Positions 37,596 to 48,538 of a stretch of DNA of 64,000 nt are shown here, one piece after another. The notes beneath the pieces were generated by a model, which was not told where the DNA came from, ran no database searches, and saw nothing but the letters and a program-made list of their open reading frames with translations. This DNA is from Desulfobacterales bacterium (lineage in GTDB: Bacteria > Desulfobacterota > Desulfobacteria > Desulfobacterales > UBA2174). The position numbers and the translations under genes are program-made. Location of the stretch: assembly GCA_963668645.2 (NCBI GenBank), contig CAXXWC010000003.1, positions 320,001 to 384,000 on the forward strand. The letters run 5' to 3'. The number at the start of each line of letters is the position of its first letter. Position 1 is the first letter of the stretch.

Positions 37596-39110
37596 TCAGG
37601 GCTCGATCCAATCGAAAGTCCGCCCCACGGCCTTTTGCCACCCTTCCAGGCAAGCGCGGCGCCGGGCGGCCGGCATGTCCGGCGCCCAGACCTTGTCCTG
37701 GGCCCAGTTGCGGCTCAGATCCGCCATATCGTCCCAGAACCCCACGGCCAGACCGGCCACATAGGCGGCCCCCAAGGCCGTGGTCTCGGCGACCTGAGGC
37801 CGAATCACGGGGACATCCAGGATGTCCGCCTGAAATTGCATCAGCAGTTCGTTGGCCACCATCCCGCCGTCCACCTTGAGCCGGGTCAAAGCGACCCCTG
37901 AATCGCGGTTCATGGCTGCCACGATGTCCGCCGTCTGATAGGCCACCGCCTCTAACACCGCGCGCGCCAGGTGCCCCCGATTGACGTATCCGGTCAGGCC
38001 GACGACCACCCCCCGGGCGTCCGCACGCCAGTACGGCGCAAACAGCCCGGAAAAGGCGGGCACGATGAAAGCCCCGCCGTTGTCGGCGACGCTGCGCGCC
38101 AGTTCCTCGATCTGGGGCGCAGCGTCGATCAAACCCAGGTTGTCGCGCACCCACTGTACCAGGGCGCCGGCGATGGCGATGGAGCCTTCCAGGCAGTAGA
38201 CCGCCTTTTGACGGCCGATCCGGTAGGCAACGGAAGTGATCAGACCGTGGTGGGAGGCCATCGGCGTTTCACCCGTGTTGAGCAGAAGAAAGCAGCCGGT
38301 GCCGTAAGTGTTCTTGGCATCGCCCGGTGCAAAACAGGCCTGCCCCACCAAGGCGGCCTGCTGATCGCCCAGGGCCCCGCATACCGGCACCCTGGCGCCC
38401 AGCGGTCCGTCGATGGCGGTATGGCCCCAGATTTCAGGATCCGAAGACGCGACAATGCGCGGCAGCATGCGCCGGTCGATGTCCAGAACCGAGAGGATCT
38501 GCGGGTCCCAGTCGAGACGGTTAAGATCCATCATCAGGGTTCGGCTGGCATTGGTCACATCGGTGATATGGGCCCCGCCGTCCGGACCACCGGTCAACCA
38601 CCAGACCAGCCAGCTTTCCACGGTGCCGAAATACGCGTCGCCTGCGGCGGCGGCCGCCCGCGCCTCGGGCACGTGGTCGAGGATCCAGCGGATCTTGGGA
38701 CCGGAAAAATAGGTCGCCACCGGCAGCCCGGTCCTCTCGCGGAAGCGGTCCTGGCCGCCTTCGGCCGCCAGCCGGCGGCAGATCTCGTCAGTACGCGTGC
38801 ACTGCCAGACGATGGCGTTGTAAAAGGGCCGCCCGGTCTTACGGTCCCAGACGATAGTGGTCTCACGCTGGTTGGTGACCCCCACGGCGGCCAGTCGCCG
38901 GCCGTCGATGCCGATCTTTTTCATCGCGTTGCCCATGACGGCAAGGGCATTGTCGCGGATTTCGAGCGGATCGTGCTCGACCCAACCGGGGCGGGGGAAA
39001 ATCTGGGCATGCTCGCGCTGGTCGAAACCGACGACACGCCCGGCGCGGTCAAAAACGATGAAACGGCTACTCGTGGTTCCCAGATCCAACGCACCGATAC
39101 AGTCGGCCAT
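37596..39110 (-). CDS. glpK: Glycerol kinase
   Basis: [53 protein letters not shown]. Confidence 0.96.
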   Translation of the reverse strand: MADCIGALDLGTTSSRFIVFDRAGRVVGFDQREHAQIFPRPGWVEHDPLEIRDNALAVMGNAMKKIGIDGRRLAAVGVTNQRETTIVWDRKTGRPFYNAIVWQCTRTDEICRRLAAEGGQDRFRERTGLPVATYFSGPKIRWILDHVPEARAAAAAGDAYFGTVESWLVWWLTGGPDGGAHITDVTNASRTLMMDLNRLDWDPQILSVLDIDRRMLPRIVASSDPEIWGHTAIDGPLGARVPVCGALGDQQAALVGQACFAPGDAKNTYGTGCFLLLNTGETPMASHHGLITSVAYRIGRQKAVYCLEGSIAIAGALVQWVRDNLGLIDAAPQIEELARSVADNGGAFIVPAFSGLFAPYWRADARGVVVGLTGYVNRGHLARAVLEAVAYQTADIVAAMNRDSGVALTRLKVDGGMVANELLMQFQADILDVPVIRPQVAETTALGAAYVAGLAVGFWDDMADLSRNWAQDKVWAPDMPAARRRACLEGWQKAVGRTFDWIEP

Positions 39111-39172
39111 GGCTCGATCTCCCCGATAGGAATGGACAAAATTGCACTCCGGATATGGACGGCAACTTTGCT

Positions 39173-40174
39173 TCACGCCATCTGTTCGAGCCGCATCTCA
39201 CCCGCCCGGTGGCAGGCCACCTGGTGGGTTTCATCCGGACCGGCAACCGCCAGCAAGAGGGGTTCCTCGTGACGGCAGCGGTCGATGGCGATGGGGCAAC
39301 GGGTATGAAAGCGGCAGCCTGGGGGTGGATTGATCGGCGACGGCACATCACCGCCCAGCAATGGACGCATCTTGGCGCGGGTCGGATCGGCGACCGGAAT
39401 CGCCGATATCAGCGCCACAGTGTAAGGGTGCAGCGGCCGCCGATAAAGTCGGTCGGCTTCGGCCGTTTCCACGATCTTGCCCAGATACATCACGGCGATA
39501 CGGTCCGATACATGTTTGACCACTGCCAGATCATGGGCGATGAAAAGATAGGCCAGCCCCATGTCACGCTGCAGATCGAGGAGCAGATTGAGGATCTGGC
39601 TCTGGATGGAGACATCCAGGGCCGAAACCGGCTCGTCGCAGACGATGAGCCGCGGGTTGAGGGCGATGGCCCGGGCGATCCCGATCCGCTGGCGCTGCCC
39701 CCCGGAAAACTCATGGGGAAACCGGGTCGCCGCCCCGGGGTCCAGCCCCACCCGTTCGAGCAGTGCAGCGGTCCACTCGGCCTGCTGCTGGCCGGTGCCC
39801 ATCCCATGGATCTGAAACGGCTCGCGCAGGATCTCATCTACCGTATGCCTGCCGTTGAGCGACTCGAAAGGATCCTGAAAGATCATCTGCAGTTCGCGGC
39901 GGATGGCCTTGAGCCGGCCCCCGCCCGCCGAGGCCAGATCCCGGCCCTGGAAGCGCACCCGGCCGGCCGTGGGCCGGTAGAGGCGCACGACGCAACGGCC
40001 CAGCGTGGTTTTGCCGCACCCCGATTCGCCCACCAGCCCGAGGGTTTCGCCCGGCGCCACGGATAAGGTCACCCCCTCTACGGCCCGCACCGTTGCCACG
40101 GGGCGAAACAGTACCCCGCCCCGGACTGGAAAATGCATGGTCAGGTTTTCAATCTCGAGCAGGGGATCGGCCAT
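39173..40174 (-). CDS. Peptide ABC transporter ATP-binding protein (OppF/DppF)
   Basis: [33 protein letters not shown]; alternative start 40210. Confidence 0.93.
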   Translation of the reverse strand: MADPLLEIENLTMHFPVRGGVLFRPVATVRAVEGVTLSVAPGETLGLVGESGCGKTTLGRCVVRLYRPTAGRVRFQGRDLASAGGGRLKAIRRELQMIFQDPFESLNGRHTVDEILREPFQIHGMGTGQQQAEWTAALLERVGLDPGAATRFPHEFSGGQRQRIGIARAIALNPRLIVCDEPVSALDVSIQSQILNLLLDLQRDMGLAYLFIAHDLAVVKHVSDRIAVMYLGKIVETAEADRLYRRPLHPYTVALISAIPVADPTRAKMRPLLGGDVPSPINPPPGCRFHTRCPIAIDRCRHEEPLLLAVAGPDETHQVACHRAGEMRLEQMA

Positions 40175-40219
40175 GGGGCGTTCTCGCGCGGTAAAGGTCA
40201 CGTTGGGCATTAACAGACT

Positions 40220-41221
40220 TCAGTCGCTCATTTCCTGCGTCTCATACAAATGGCACGCCGCCGTGTGCTCCGGCGCCAGAATCTGCAGGGCCGGCGCCTT
40301 GTCCCGGCAAAGGGGCATGGCATGGGGGCAGCGATTGGCAAAGCGGCATCCCGCGGGCATTTCCCCCAGGGTCGGCACCATGCCGGGAACGGTGGCCAGC
40401 GGCTTTTTGCGCGGGCTGTCGAGCTTCGCAATGGCGCGCAGCAAGCCCCGGGTGTACGGATGCTTCGGCGAGGCAAAAAGCCCGGTGACCGGGGCATCTT
40501 CCACCACCTTGCCGGCATACATCACCGCCACCCGGTCGCTGATCTGGGCGATCACTCCCAGGTCGTGGGTGATAAAGAGCATCGCCATGCCGGTCTCCTG
40601 CTGCAATTCCTGCATCAGGGAGAGGATCTGGGCCTGAATGGTCACATCCAGGGCCGTCGTCGGCTCGTCGGCGATCAGGATGTCCGGCCTGGCGGCCAGC
40701 GCCATGGCGATCATCACCCGCTGGCGCATCCCGCCGGAGATCTGGTGGGGGTATTCCACCATTCGCCGCCGCGGATCAGGGATCCGCACCCGGTCGAGCA
40801 TCTCCACCACGGCCCGTGCCACGGCGGCCCGATCCATCTCAGACCGGTGCAGCCGGAAGGCTTCAGCCACCTGGACGCCGATGGTCTGCACCGGGTTGAG
40901 GGCCGTCATCGGCTCCTGGAAGATCATGGCGATGCGATTGCCCCGCACCCGGCACATGGCCTCGGCCGGCAACCGGAGCAGATCTGTCCGGCCGAGCCAC
41001 ACCGATCCGGCCTCGATGCGAGCGACCGGCCGGGGCAGCAGGCGCATCAGCGCCAGGGCCGTGACGCTCTTGCCACACCCCGATTCGCCCACCAGCCCGA
41101 GGGTGTGCCCCCGGTAAAGCTGCAGGCCGACATCTTCCACGGCCCGCAGACGGCCCTGCTCGGTGGCGAAGCTCACCGCCAGGTGCTCGACGCTCAGCAC
41201 CGGCTCACCTGTGCGCTTCAT
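40220..41221 (-). CDS. Peptide ABC transporter ATP-binding protein (OppD/DppD)
   Basis: GESGCGKS, SGGMRQR, ADEPTTALD, HPYT. Confidence 0.94.
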   Translation of the reverse strand: MKRTGEPVLSVEHLAVSFATEQGRLRAVEDVGLQLYRGHTLGLVGESGCGKSVTALALMRLLPRPVARIEAGSVWLGRTDLLRLPAEAMCRVRGNRIAMIFQEPMTALNPVQTIGVQVAEAFRLHRSEMDRAAVARAVVEMLDRVRIPDPRRRMVEYPHQISGGMRQRVMIAMALAARPDILIADEPTTALDVTIQAQILSLMQELQQETGMAMLFITHDLGVIAQISDRVAVMYAGKVVEDAPVTGLFASPKHPYTRGLLRAIAKLDSPRKKPLATVPGMVPTLGEMPAGCRFANRCPHAMPLCRDKAPALQILAPEHTAACHLYETQEMSD

Positions 41222-43122
41222 CGGATCGACGCCATCTTGTAGGTTTTATCCACGCGGGTGACCGCCTCATAGCTGCGTCCGGCCTTCATCGCGGCCCGGG
41301 TCTCCTCGTAAGCCCGCGCGTCGAACCAGAACAGCCCGCCGGTCGCGCTGTTGAACGGGTCGAAAAGATCGGTGCTGTGGCGTGTGCCGGCCGGGTCGGG
41401 CAGGCGCCACCAGCACCAGAAGGCCTGGCGCACGTAGGGGACCATGAAGGTGGGCACAAAAGGCCCGATCTCGTGAATCCGCACCTGGATTTGGCGGCTC
41501 AGACGCGCCCGCGTGTCGCTGTCGAGCGAGTCGCGATACGCTTCGATGAGCCGGTCCATTTCCGGATCGTCCGTGTTGGTGATGTTGTTGGTCTGGGGTT
41601 TATGGGCGTTGAGCGAGTGAAAATGCTCCCAGTACTGGGGCCGCAAAGAGGTGCTCCACCCCATCCAGGCCACGTCGTGCTTCTTTTCGAGCACCTTCTT
41701 GTAGGCCGCGGCCGGATCGAGGCGCCGCAGTTCAAGTTCGATGCCGGCCTTCTTGGCCTCCTCCTTGAGCACCACCAGCCGCGGGGTGTGCTCTTCCAGG
41801 GAGTAGGTCACTTCCACCGCAAAGCGCCGTCCGTCCCGGGTCCAGATCCCGTCCTTGCCGCGCTGCCAACCCGCTTCGGTCATCAAGGCCGCCACCTTTT
41901 TCAGATCGTAGCGCCGTGCCCGGATATCCGGGTTGGTGTAGGCCCCGTACCCCATGAAACCCTGTTCCAGCCGGAAGTAGTCACCCCTCAGGACCTTTTC
42001 GATCACGGTTTCGATGTTCATCGCGTGGGCAAAGGCGTAGCGCAGGCGCCGGTCGCGGAAGATGTCCCGGTCGAGGTTGAGCCAGAGTCCCTGGGCCGGC
42101 TGCTGGGTGTCGTTGAAAAACCAGATGCGGTCCACGTAGCCGTTCCGGACCACATCGGTGCTGGACTTGACGTGCCAGTAATCGGGCAGGGTCAGGCCGA
42201 AAGTGTCCAGCCGGCCCTTCTTGAAATGCTCCCACATCAGGTTATGGTCGCGCACCACGGTGTAAATCACCTTGTCCACGTTGAAGCGGTGCTTGAAATA
42301 GCGCAGATCCCCGCCCCACCAGTCCTGCTTGCGCTTGAAGCGGATCTGTTTGCCCTTTTCGAAGTCGCTCATCTGGTAGGGCCCGGTGTTGGGCACGATG
42401 CGCCAGTTGTAAGCGCGCACGAAATCGGGGTCCAGCTCCCCGTAAAAATGGCGCGGCGTCGGTCCCAGGGCGATGCGCAGGTGCAGGTCAGGCACCGCCC
42501 GGGACGCAACCACGGCCAGGGTGTGGTCGTCGTAGACCACCACCCGATCGATCTCCCGCGAATAGTAGTCGTTGTACCAGGGGGCCACGATGTGCTTGGA
42601 GCGCATGAATTCGAGGGTAAAGGCGAAATCGTCCGCGGTCACCGGATAACCGTCCGACCAGCGCGCCTCGGGGTTGAGCTTGAAGTACATGGTCTTGCGA
42701 TCCGCACCGAAAGCCCAGTGGGTGGCCAGTTCCGGGATGATCTTTTCCGTGTTGGGGTGGATCCCGACCAGGCTGAGCTGGTTGTCCAGGATCGCCGAGC
42801 GAAAAGTCGAGTTCGAATCCGGCCCCACGGTGCGAAAGGTAAGCGGGAAGCTGAGCAAAGCTTCGTGCAGAGTGCCGCCCCGCACCGCCTCGGGCGAGGC
42901 CCAGATCGGATCGCTGTCGTTGGTGAGCCATACGATCCCCTTGGGCAGTTCGGGTCTGGGGGCGGCCGGAACCACGGCTTGGGAAGCGTTCGCCGCCGGG
43001 GCGGTTTTGGTGGTCCCGGCCGCTGGCTCTGGAGCCTTTTCCTCTCCGCATCCGGCAATCAAGAGCAGCACGGCCAAGCACAGTACCAGGGCCAGACGAC
43101 CAGTGGCGATGTTGTGATTCAC
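41218..43122 (-). CDS. ABC transporter substrate-binding lipoprotein (family 5, YejA-like)
   Basis: Lipobox LIAGC; ARWSDGYPVTADD, TGPY; located within the ABC operon. Confidence 0.9.
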   Translation of the reverse strand: MNHNIATGRLALVLCLAVLLLIAGCGEEKAPEPAAGTTKTAPAANASQAVVPAAPRPELPKGIVWLTNDSDPIWASPEAVRGGTLHEALLSFPLTFRTVGPDSNSTFRSAILDNQLSLVGIHPNTEKIIPELATHWAFGADRKTMYFKLNPEARWSDGYPVTADDFAFTLEFMRSKHIVAPWYNDYYSREIDRVVVYDDHTLAVVASRAVPDLHLRIALGPTPRHFYGELDPDFVRAYNWRIVPNTGPYQMSDFEKGKQIRFKRKQDWWGGDLRYFKHRFNVDKVIYTVVRDHNLMWEHFKKGRLDTFGLTLPDYWHVKSSTDVVRNGYVDRIWFFNDTQQPAQGLWLNLDRDIFRDRRLRYAFAHAMNIETVIEKVLRGDYFRLEQGFMGYGAYTNPDIRARRYDLKKVAALMTEAGWQRGKDGIWTRDGRRFAVEVTYSLEEHTPRLVVLKEEAKKAGIELELRRLDPAAAYKKVLEKKHDVAWMGWSTSLRPQYWEHFHSLNAHKPQTNNITNTDDPEMDRLIEAYRDSLDSDTRARLSRQIQVRIHEIGPFVPTFMVPYVRQAFWCWWRLPDPAGTRHSTDLFDPFNSATGGLFWFDARAYEETRAAMKAGRSYEAVTRVDKTYKMASIR

Positions 43123-43171
43123 GCAAATTCCGTTTCGTTGTCGGTGGAGTGAATCTCCCGGTAGAAATTTT

Positions 43172-43214
43172 GCCGATCCGACGGATCCGTCCGATCCATC
43201 CGACCCGTCCGATT
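43172..43214. repeat. Intergenic 9-bp-period tandem repeat
   Basis: GCCGATCCG ACGGATCCG TCCGATCCA TCCGACCCG TCCGATT. Confidence 0.8.
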
Positions 43215-43275
43215 GAAGCTCAACCAGGACCTATATTCCCTTTCCAACCGGCCACAAAGGCGCCTCCAGCCCTCT

Positions 43276-44325
43276 CTACTCGTAGACCGTGTAGCGCTTC
43301 GGGTCGAAGGCCTCGCGCACCGCTTCGCCGATAAAGGTTACGGACACCAGAGTCAGCACCATGGCGCCCACCACCCCCGCCACCATCCACCAGGCGCTCA
43401 TGTAGGCCCACCCCTGCTGGAGCAGTTCACCCCAGCTCGGAGTCGGGGGCGGCAGGCCGAAGCCGAGATAGTCAAGAGAGGTCAGGGCCACAATGCCCGA
43501 AGAGACCGAAAACGGGGCGTAGGTCACGATCACGGCCACGGTATTGGGCAGGATATGCCGAAATACGATCCTTCCGTGGGAGGCGCCCAGAACCCGTGCC
43601 GCCAGCACGTAGTCGCGGGTGCGCTCCTTGTAGGTCACCGTACGCATGGTCCAGGTGATGCCGATCCATCCAAAAAAGGCCATGATCATGATCAGCATGG
43701 CAAAGCTGGGCACCACGATGGAAGAAACGATGATCACCACGTAGAGAAAGGGGACGTTGGCCCAGATTTCGATGATCCGTTGAAAGAAAAGGTCGAAGCG
43801 GCCCCCGAAATACCCCATGGCACACCCGATGCTCACCCCGACGACGTAGTTGACCGCCAGCAACCCCAGGGAAAAGAAGATGGCGATGCGAAAACCGTAG
43901 ACCAGCCGCGCCAGCACGTCGCGCCCCACGGTGTCGGTGCCCAGAAAATGGCGCTCGCGCCAGCTCGGGGCAAAGGGGGGGAAAGCGTCGTCGCGCAGAT
44001 CGGTACTGTAAGGGCCGTAGGGCACCGGAGGCATCAGCATCCAGCCCGGGCCACCCGCCGCGGCCAGACGCCGGCTCAGGTCCCGATAATCGGTCTCGTA
44101 ATCATAGTCCAGATCGAAGGTGCGACCCGGCAGCGGATCGCCGTAAGTCGGACAGTAGAGCCGCCCCTGGTACCAGACCAGGACGGCCCGGTCGTTAACC
44201 AGCAGCTCGGCGGCCAGCGAGACGAGGACCATGAAAACAAAGATCCAAAAGGACCAGTAGCCGCGGCGGATGGACCGGAAACGCCGGATCTTCTTGAGGG
44301 TCAACGGATTGATGTGAAGGCGCAT
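43276..44325 (-). CDS. ABC transporter permease (YejE/OppC-like)
   Basis: RRGYWS, LGTDTVGRDV, RHILPN, LGFGLPPPTPSWG, REAFDP. Confidence 0.92.
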   Translation of the reverse strand: MRLHINPLTLKKIRRFRSIRRGYWSFWIFVFMVLVSLAAELLVNDRAVLVWYQGRLYCPTYGDPLPGRTFDLDYDYETDYRDLSRRLAAAGGPGWMLMPPVPYGPYSTDLRDDAFPPFAPSWRERHFLGTDTVGRDVLARLVYGFRIAIFFSLGLLAVNYVVGVSIGCAMGYFGGRFDLFFQRIIEIWANVPFLYVVIIVSSIVVPSFAMLIMIMAFFGWIGITWTMRTVTYKERTRDYVLAARVLGASHGRIVFRHILPNTVAVIVTYAPFSVSSGIVALTSLDYLGFGLPPPTPSWGELLQQGWAYMSAWWMVAGVVGAMVLTLVSVTFIGEAVREAFDPKRYTVYE

Positions 44326-44353
44326 GGAGCCCATAACTTGCATATTTCAAGTG

Positions 44354-45381
44354 TTATTCGAACTGCACCCGCGGATCGACCAGCGCCACACATATGTCCG
44401 ACAGAATGTTGCCGACCAGAAAAAGCAGGGCGCTGATGGCCAGGATGCCCAAAACCACGGGGTAGTCGCGCTCGACCACCGACTCGTATCCCAGCAGTCC
44501 CATCCCGTTGATATTGAAAACCTTCTCGATGAGAAACGACCCGGACAAGATCACCGAAACGTTATTGCCGAAGCTCGTGGCAATGGGAATCAGGCTGTTG
44601 CGCAGGGCGTGGCGAAACACGGCGCGCCGGAACGGCAGCCCCTTGGCGATGGCAGTGCGCACGTAGTCGGCCGCCAAATTGTCCATCAGGGTGTTCTTCA
44701 TCAACAGGGTCATGACGGCAAAGGAACCGGACACGTAGGCGGTCAGGGGCAGAACCGTGTGCCAGAGGATGTCGAGGATCCGGTACGCGGTGGAAAAATC
44801 GGGAAAGTCTTCGCTGACCAGGCCGCCCAAGGGAAAGATCTCCCACACCGATGCAAAAAGCATCAGCATCAGTACCCCTACGACCCAGCCCGGGATGGCG
44901 TAGCCGGTAAAAACGACCACCGAGGTCAGGTTGTCGAACCCGCTCTGGTGGCGCAGGGCCTTGGCGATGCCCAGCGGTATGCACACGCCGTAGACCAGGA
45001 TCAGGGTCAAAATACCGAAGTAGAGCGAAACGGGAATCCGCTCGGCGATCATCTGCCAGACCGGATCGTAATATCGGGTGGAAGTGCCCAGATCGCCCCC
45101 TCAAGACCTTCCCCAGCCAGTGGACATAACTGACGCAGCACCGGTTTGTCGAACCCGTAATAGGCCCGCAGCTGGGCGATCTGTCCCTCTGAAAGGGGCT
45201 GCTGTTGCTCGGTGGGGCCGGAAGCCAGCCCCCCGGAACGGACCTGCATCTGGCGCGCTTCAAGGATCATGCGCTCGATGGGGCCGCCGGGTACCAGGCG
45301 CGTGATCACGAACACCATGACGGTGATGCCGATCAGGGTGGGGATGATCAAAAGAAAACGCCTGATGAAATAGGCGGCCAT
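44354..45381 (-). pseudogene. ABC transporter permease (YejB/OppB-like) with two +1 frameshifts, probably sequence errors
   Basis: MAAYFIRR..YYGFDKPVL / VSYVHWLGKVLRG / DLGTS..MIAERIP..VDPR lie in three frames; extra bases near 45135 and in the C5 run 45096-45100. Confidence 0.85.
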
Positions 45382-45591
45382 AAGCGGTCCTCAAAACCTG
45401 TTGGGGTTCAAAAATACGGATGGCGCCGGCCCGGTCCCTTGGGTCCGTAAAAGGGACTACCCGGGTGCGGCGCTTTGCCCAACTTAACTTAGCCCCAATC
45501 GTATTTCAAGGTTTGCCGCACGTCTTGACAAGCATGGCACTATTGGCCATTTTGATCGCTCCACACCATTCCCTCTACGAAAGGCGCACCG

Positions 45592-46794
45592 ATGAGCGAA
45601 ATTCCGCCTGGGACCACCCCCGCCGCTGAGATCGACAGACGCATCACCCGCTTCCAGGCCCATCTCCAGAACCTGGGGCTTTGCGGCGCCCTGATCGCCC
45701 AGAACTCGGATCTTTTCTACTTTGCCGGCACGATCCAGCAGGCTCATCTGTACATCCCCGCCGCCGGCCGGCCGGTGCTCATGGTGCGCAAGCACCTGCC
45801 ACGGGCGGCGGCCGAATCCCCTCTCGAGAGCATCGTCGCCCTTGACAGTCCCCGTCAGATCCCGGCCATGCTGGCTGATTTCAGGATACCCCTGCCCCGC
45901 CGCCTCGGCTTGGAGTTGGACGTCCTGCCGGCCCAGCGCTATCTCGGACTCCAGCGCCTGCTGCCCGATGCGCAATTGGAGGACGTCACCGATGCCATTC
46001 GCCGGGTGCGGGCCGTCAAGTCGACCTATGAAATCGGTCTGATCCGTGAGGCCGCCCGGCGCGCAGATCAGGTCGCTGCGGCAGTCCCCGCCCTGCTGGA
46101 GACCGGGATCAGCGAGGTGGCCCTGGCCGGCCGGATCGAGGCCGAAGCCCGCCGGCTGGGCCACGAGGGCTTGGTGCGCATGCGCCTCTGGGGTGCGGAG
46201 CTTTTCTACGGGCACCTGATGTCGGGTGCCAACGCTGCCGAGCCCAGCTACCTGGCCTCACCCACGGGCGGGCGCAGCCTGGGACCGGCGGTGGCTCAGG
46301 GCCCCAGCGCTGCCAAGATAGAGTCGAACGTGCCCATTTTAGTCGATTACGTCTTTGCCCGCGGCGGCTACCTGGCCGACCATACCCGCATCTTTGTCAT
46401 CGGCCGCCTGCCAGAGGACCTGCACCGGGCCCACGCGGCCATGGTAGCCCTCCAGGATGAACTGGCCGCGCGAATGCGCCCGGGCGTCCGGGCCGGTGAA
46501 TTGTACGACTGGGCCCTGGCCCGGACCGAGCGGCTGGGATATGCCGGGTGGTTCATGGGCGCCGAGACGGACCGCATCCGCTTTGTGGGCCACGGGATCG
46601 GTCTCGAACTGGACGAATATCCGTTTATTGCGGCTGGACAGGACATGCCCTTGGCCGAAGGGATGGTGGTGGCGCTGGAGCCGAAGCTGATCTTTCCGGG
46701 CCGCGGGGTCGTGGGAATCGAAAACACCCACCTGGTCACCGCCGCAGGCCTGGAGCGCCTGACCCGCTTTCCGGACGATATCGTAGCCGTTTGA
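45592..46794 (+). CDS. Xaa-Pro aminopeptidase family (M24)
   Basis: RAVKS, GYLADHTR, GHGIGLELDE, ALEPK, GIEN. Confidence 0.92.
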   Translation: MSEIPPGTTPAAEIDRRITRFQAHLQNLGLCGALIAQNSDLFYFAGTIQQAHLYIPAAGRPVLMVRKHLPRAAAESPLESIVALDSPRQIPAMLADFRIPLPRRLGLELDVLPAQRYLGLQRLLPDAQLEDVTDAIRRVRAVKSTYEIGLIREAARRADQVAAAVPALLETGISEVALAGRIEAEARRLGHEGLVRMRLWGAELFYGHLMSGANAAEPSYLASPTGGRSLGPAVAQGPSAAKIESNVPILVDYVFARGGYLADHTRIFVIGRLPEDLHRAHAAMVALQDELAARMRPGVRAGELYDWALARTERLGYAGWFMGAETDRIRFVGHGIGLELDEYPFIAAGQDMPLAEGMVVALEPKLIFPGRGVVGIENTHLVTAAGLERLTRFPDDIVAV

Positions 46795-46808
46795 AAAGAA
46801 GATAAAAA

Positions 46809-46836
46809 AAGGGAGCGGGAAATTTCCCGCTCCCTT
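46809..46836. terminator. Rho-independent terminator (rplM-rpsI, likely bidirectional)
   Basis: AAGGGAGCGGGA-AATT-TCCCGCTCCCTT with upstream A-tract. Confidence 0.88.
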
Positions 46837-46859
46837 GATAAGTTCGAGGGCCGACCGGT

Positions 46860-47255
46860 TTAACGTTTGGAGAATTGGAACCGGGCGCGCGCACCCCGCT
46901 GACCGTACTTCTTGCGTTCCTTCTCACGCGGATCGCGCTTGACGAAGCCGGCTTTCTTCAGCGGCAGGCGGAACTCGGGATTAATGAGCATCAACGCGCG
47001 GGTAATGCCGTGGCGGATGGCGCCGGCTTGCCCGTTGATCCCACCCCCCAGGACCCGGATCTTGACATCGTAAGCCCCCTGGGTACTGGTCAGGCGGAAC
47101 GGATCGAGCAGCATGGTCCGGGCCGATTCGACCTTGAAGTAGTCCTCCAGGGGTCGGTCATTGATGGAAACCTCCCCGCTGCCAGGGGTCAACCAAGTGC
47201 GGGCGATGGCGCTCTTGCGCTTGCCGGTGGCGTAAAAAACGTTTTCCTGTTCCAT
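46860..47255 (-). CDS. rpsI: 30S ribosomal protein S9
   Basis: YATGKRK, GGGINGQAGAIRHG, ERKKYG, QFSKR. Confidence 0.98.
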   Translation of the reverse strand: MEQENVFYATGKRKSAIARTWLTPGSGEVSINDRPLEDYFKVESARTMLLDPFRLTSTQGAYDVKIRVLGGGINGQAGAIRHGITRALMLINPEFRLPLKKAGFVKRDPREKERKKYGQRGARARFQFSKR

Positions 47256-47289
47256 GAATCTTTCCACTCAGTCGAGACGGGTTGGCGGC

Positions 47290-47731
47290 TTATGCACGCA
47301 ATTGAAGCGTTTCGGGCTGCTGGGCGACATGCGGATGATCGCTGCCGCTATAGACCTTGAGTTTCTTGAAAAGTTGACGCCCAAGTCGATTCTTGGGCAG
47401 CATCCCACGCACCGCAAAACGCAGTAGATTTTCCGGCCGCTGGGTCTTGAGCTTTTCGGCGGTAACGCTCTTGATCCCCCCCATGTAGCCGGTATGCCGA
47501 TAGTAGGTCTTCTGCTGCCATTTGGCGCCGGTTAACTTGACCTTTTCGGCGTTGATCACGATGATATGGTCGCCCATATCGGCGTGGGGAGTGAACAGCG
47601 GGCTGTGCTTGCCCCGCAACCGTGCGGCGACCTGGGAAGCCAGTCTGCCCAGCACGGCCCCCCTCGGCGTCGACGACGAACCAATTGCCCGGATTGTCAC
47701 TTTTTTTAGCGCTGTATGTGTATTTCTTCAC
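47290..47731 (-). CDS. rplM: 50S ribosomal protein L13 (apparent +1 frameshift in a homopolymer)
   Basis: [17 protein letters not shown] switches frame to [21 protein letters not shown] at the C6 run 47658-47663. Confidence 0.95.
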
Positions 47732-47899
47732 GGCTCAACACTCCTGTTCGATCTGACGAATTTGGGACTATTAAATAAAAAGACCGCTGCTGTCAAGACC
47801 AAAAAACAGTCCTTTGACAGAGGCCGGTCAAAAATGTCATGAACCATTTTCCTGGGCCGGTGCCCGGCTCCGGTAAAGACCATCATAAAGCAGTGGATA

Positions 47900-48538
47900 A
47901 TGAACGGATTGGAAATCGAAGTCAAGTTTTTTGTGGACCGTCCGCAAGCCTTGCGCCAGCGGGTCCTGGCCATCGACGGTGCCAGCTGCGGACGTGTTTT
48001 CGAACACAACGAAATCTTCGACGACGCCCGGCGCAGTCTGGCCGGCCGTGGCGAACTGCTGCGCCTGCGCCAGGACACGGCCTGCCGCTTGACCTATAAA
48101 CAGCCGGATGGTGCGCACCAGGACCAGTTCAAGATTCTGCGCGAAATGGAGACCACCGTAGCCGAGGGTCAAGTCCTGCGGGCCGTTTTCAAGGCATTGG
48201 GCCTCGAGAAGGTGCTGGTCTACGAAAAATGGCGCGAAACCTTCACCATGGGCACCGTCCATCTCTGCCTGGACGAAATGCCATTCGGCCATTTCCTGGA
48301 GATCGAAGGGCCGCCGGCAGACATCCGCCGTACGGCCGATGCTCTGGCCCTGCCCTGGTCGCGGCGCATTCTTGGCAATTATCATCAGCTCTTTGCCGCG
48401 ATCGCCGAGGCGATGGGACTGCAATTTAGCGATATCACCTTCGAAAACTTCCGGGACCTGGCGGTGGATGCAAGTATCTTTCGACGGCGCTTCGAAGCCG
48501 GCGAAAAGCGACACAACGCACCGGGGACGACCCCATGA
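47900..48538 (+). CDS. CYTH-domain protein (class IV adenylate cyclase-like)
   Basis: EIEVKF, LLRLR, LTYK, YEKWRE, FLEIEG. Confidence 0.9.
   Translation: MNGLEIEVKFFVDRPQALRQRVLAIDGASCGRVFEHNEIFDDARRSLAGRGELLRLRQDTACRLTYKQPDGAHQDQFKILREMETTVAEGQVLRAVFKALGLEKVLVYEKWRETFTMGTVHLCLDEMPFGHFLEIEGPPADIRRTADALALPWSRRILGNYHQLFAAIAEAMGLQFSDITFENFRDLAVDASIFRRRFEAGEKRHNAPGTTP

Noticed and set aside
47348..47731. Programmed frameshifting or a true pseudogene for rplM
   Set aside because: A single extra base in a homopolymer of an essential gene, with similar indels 2.5 kb away, is most simply an assembly error.
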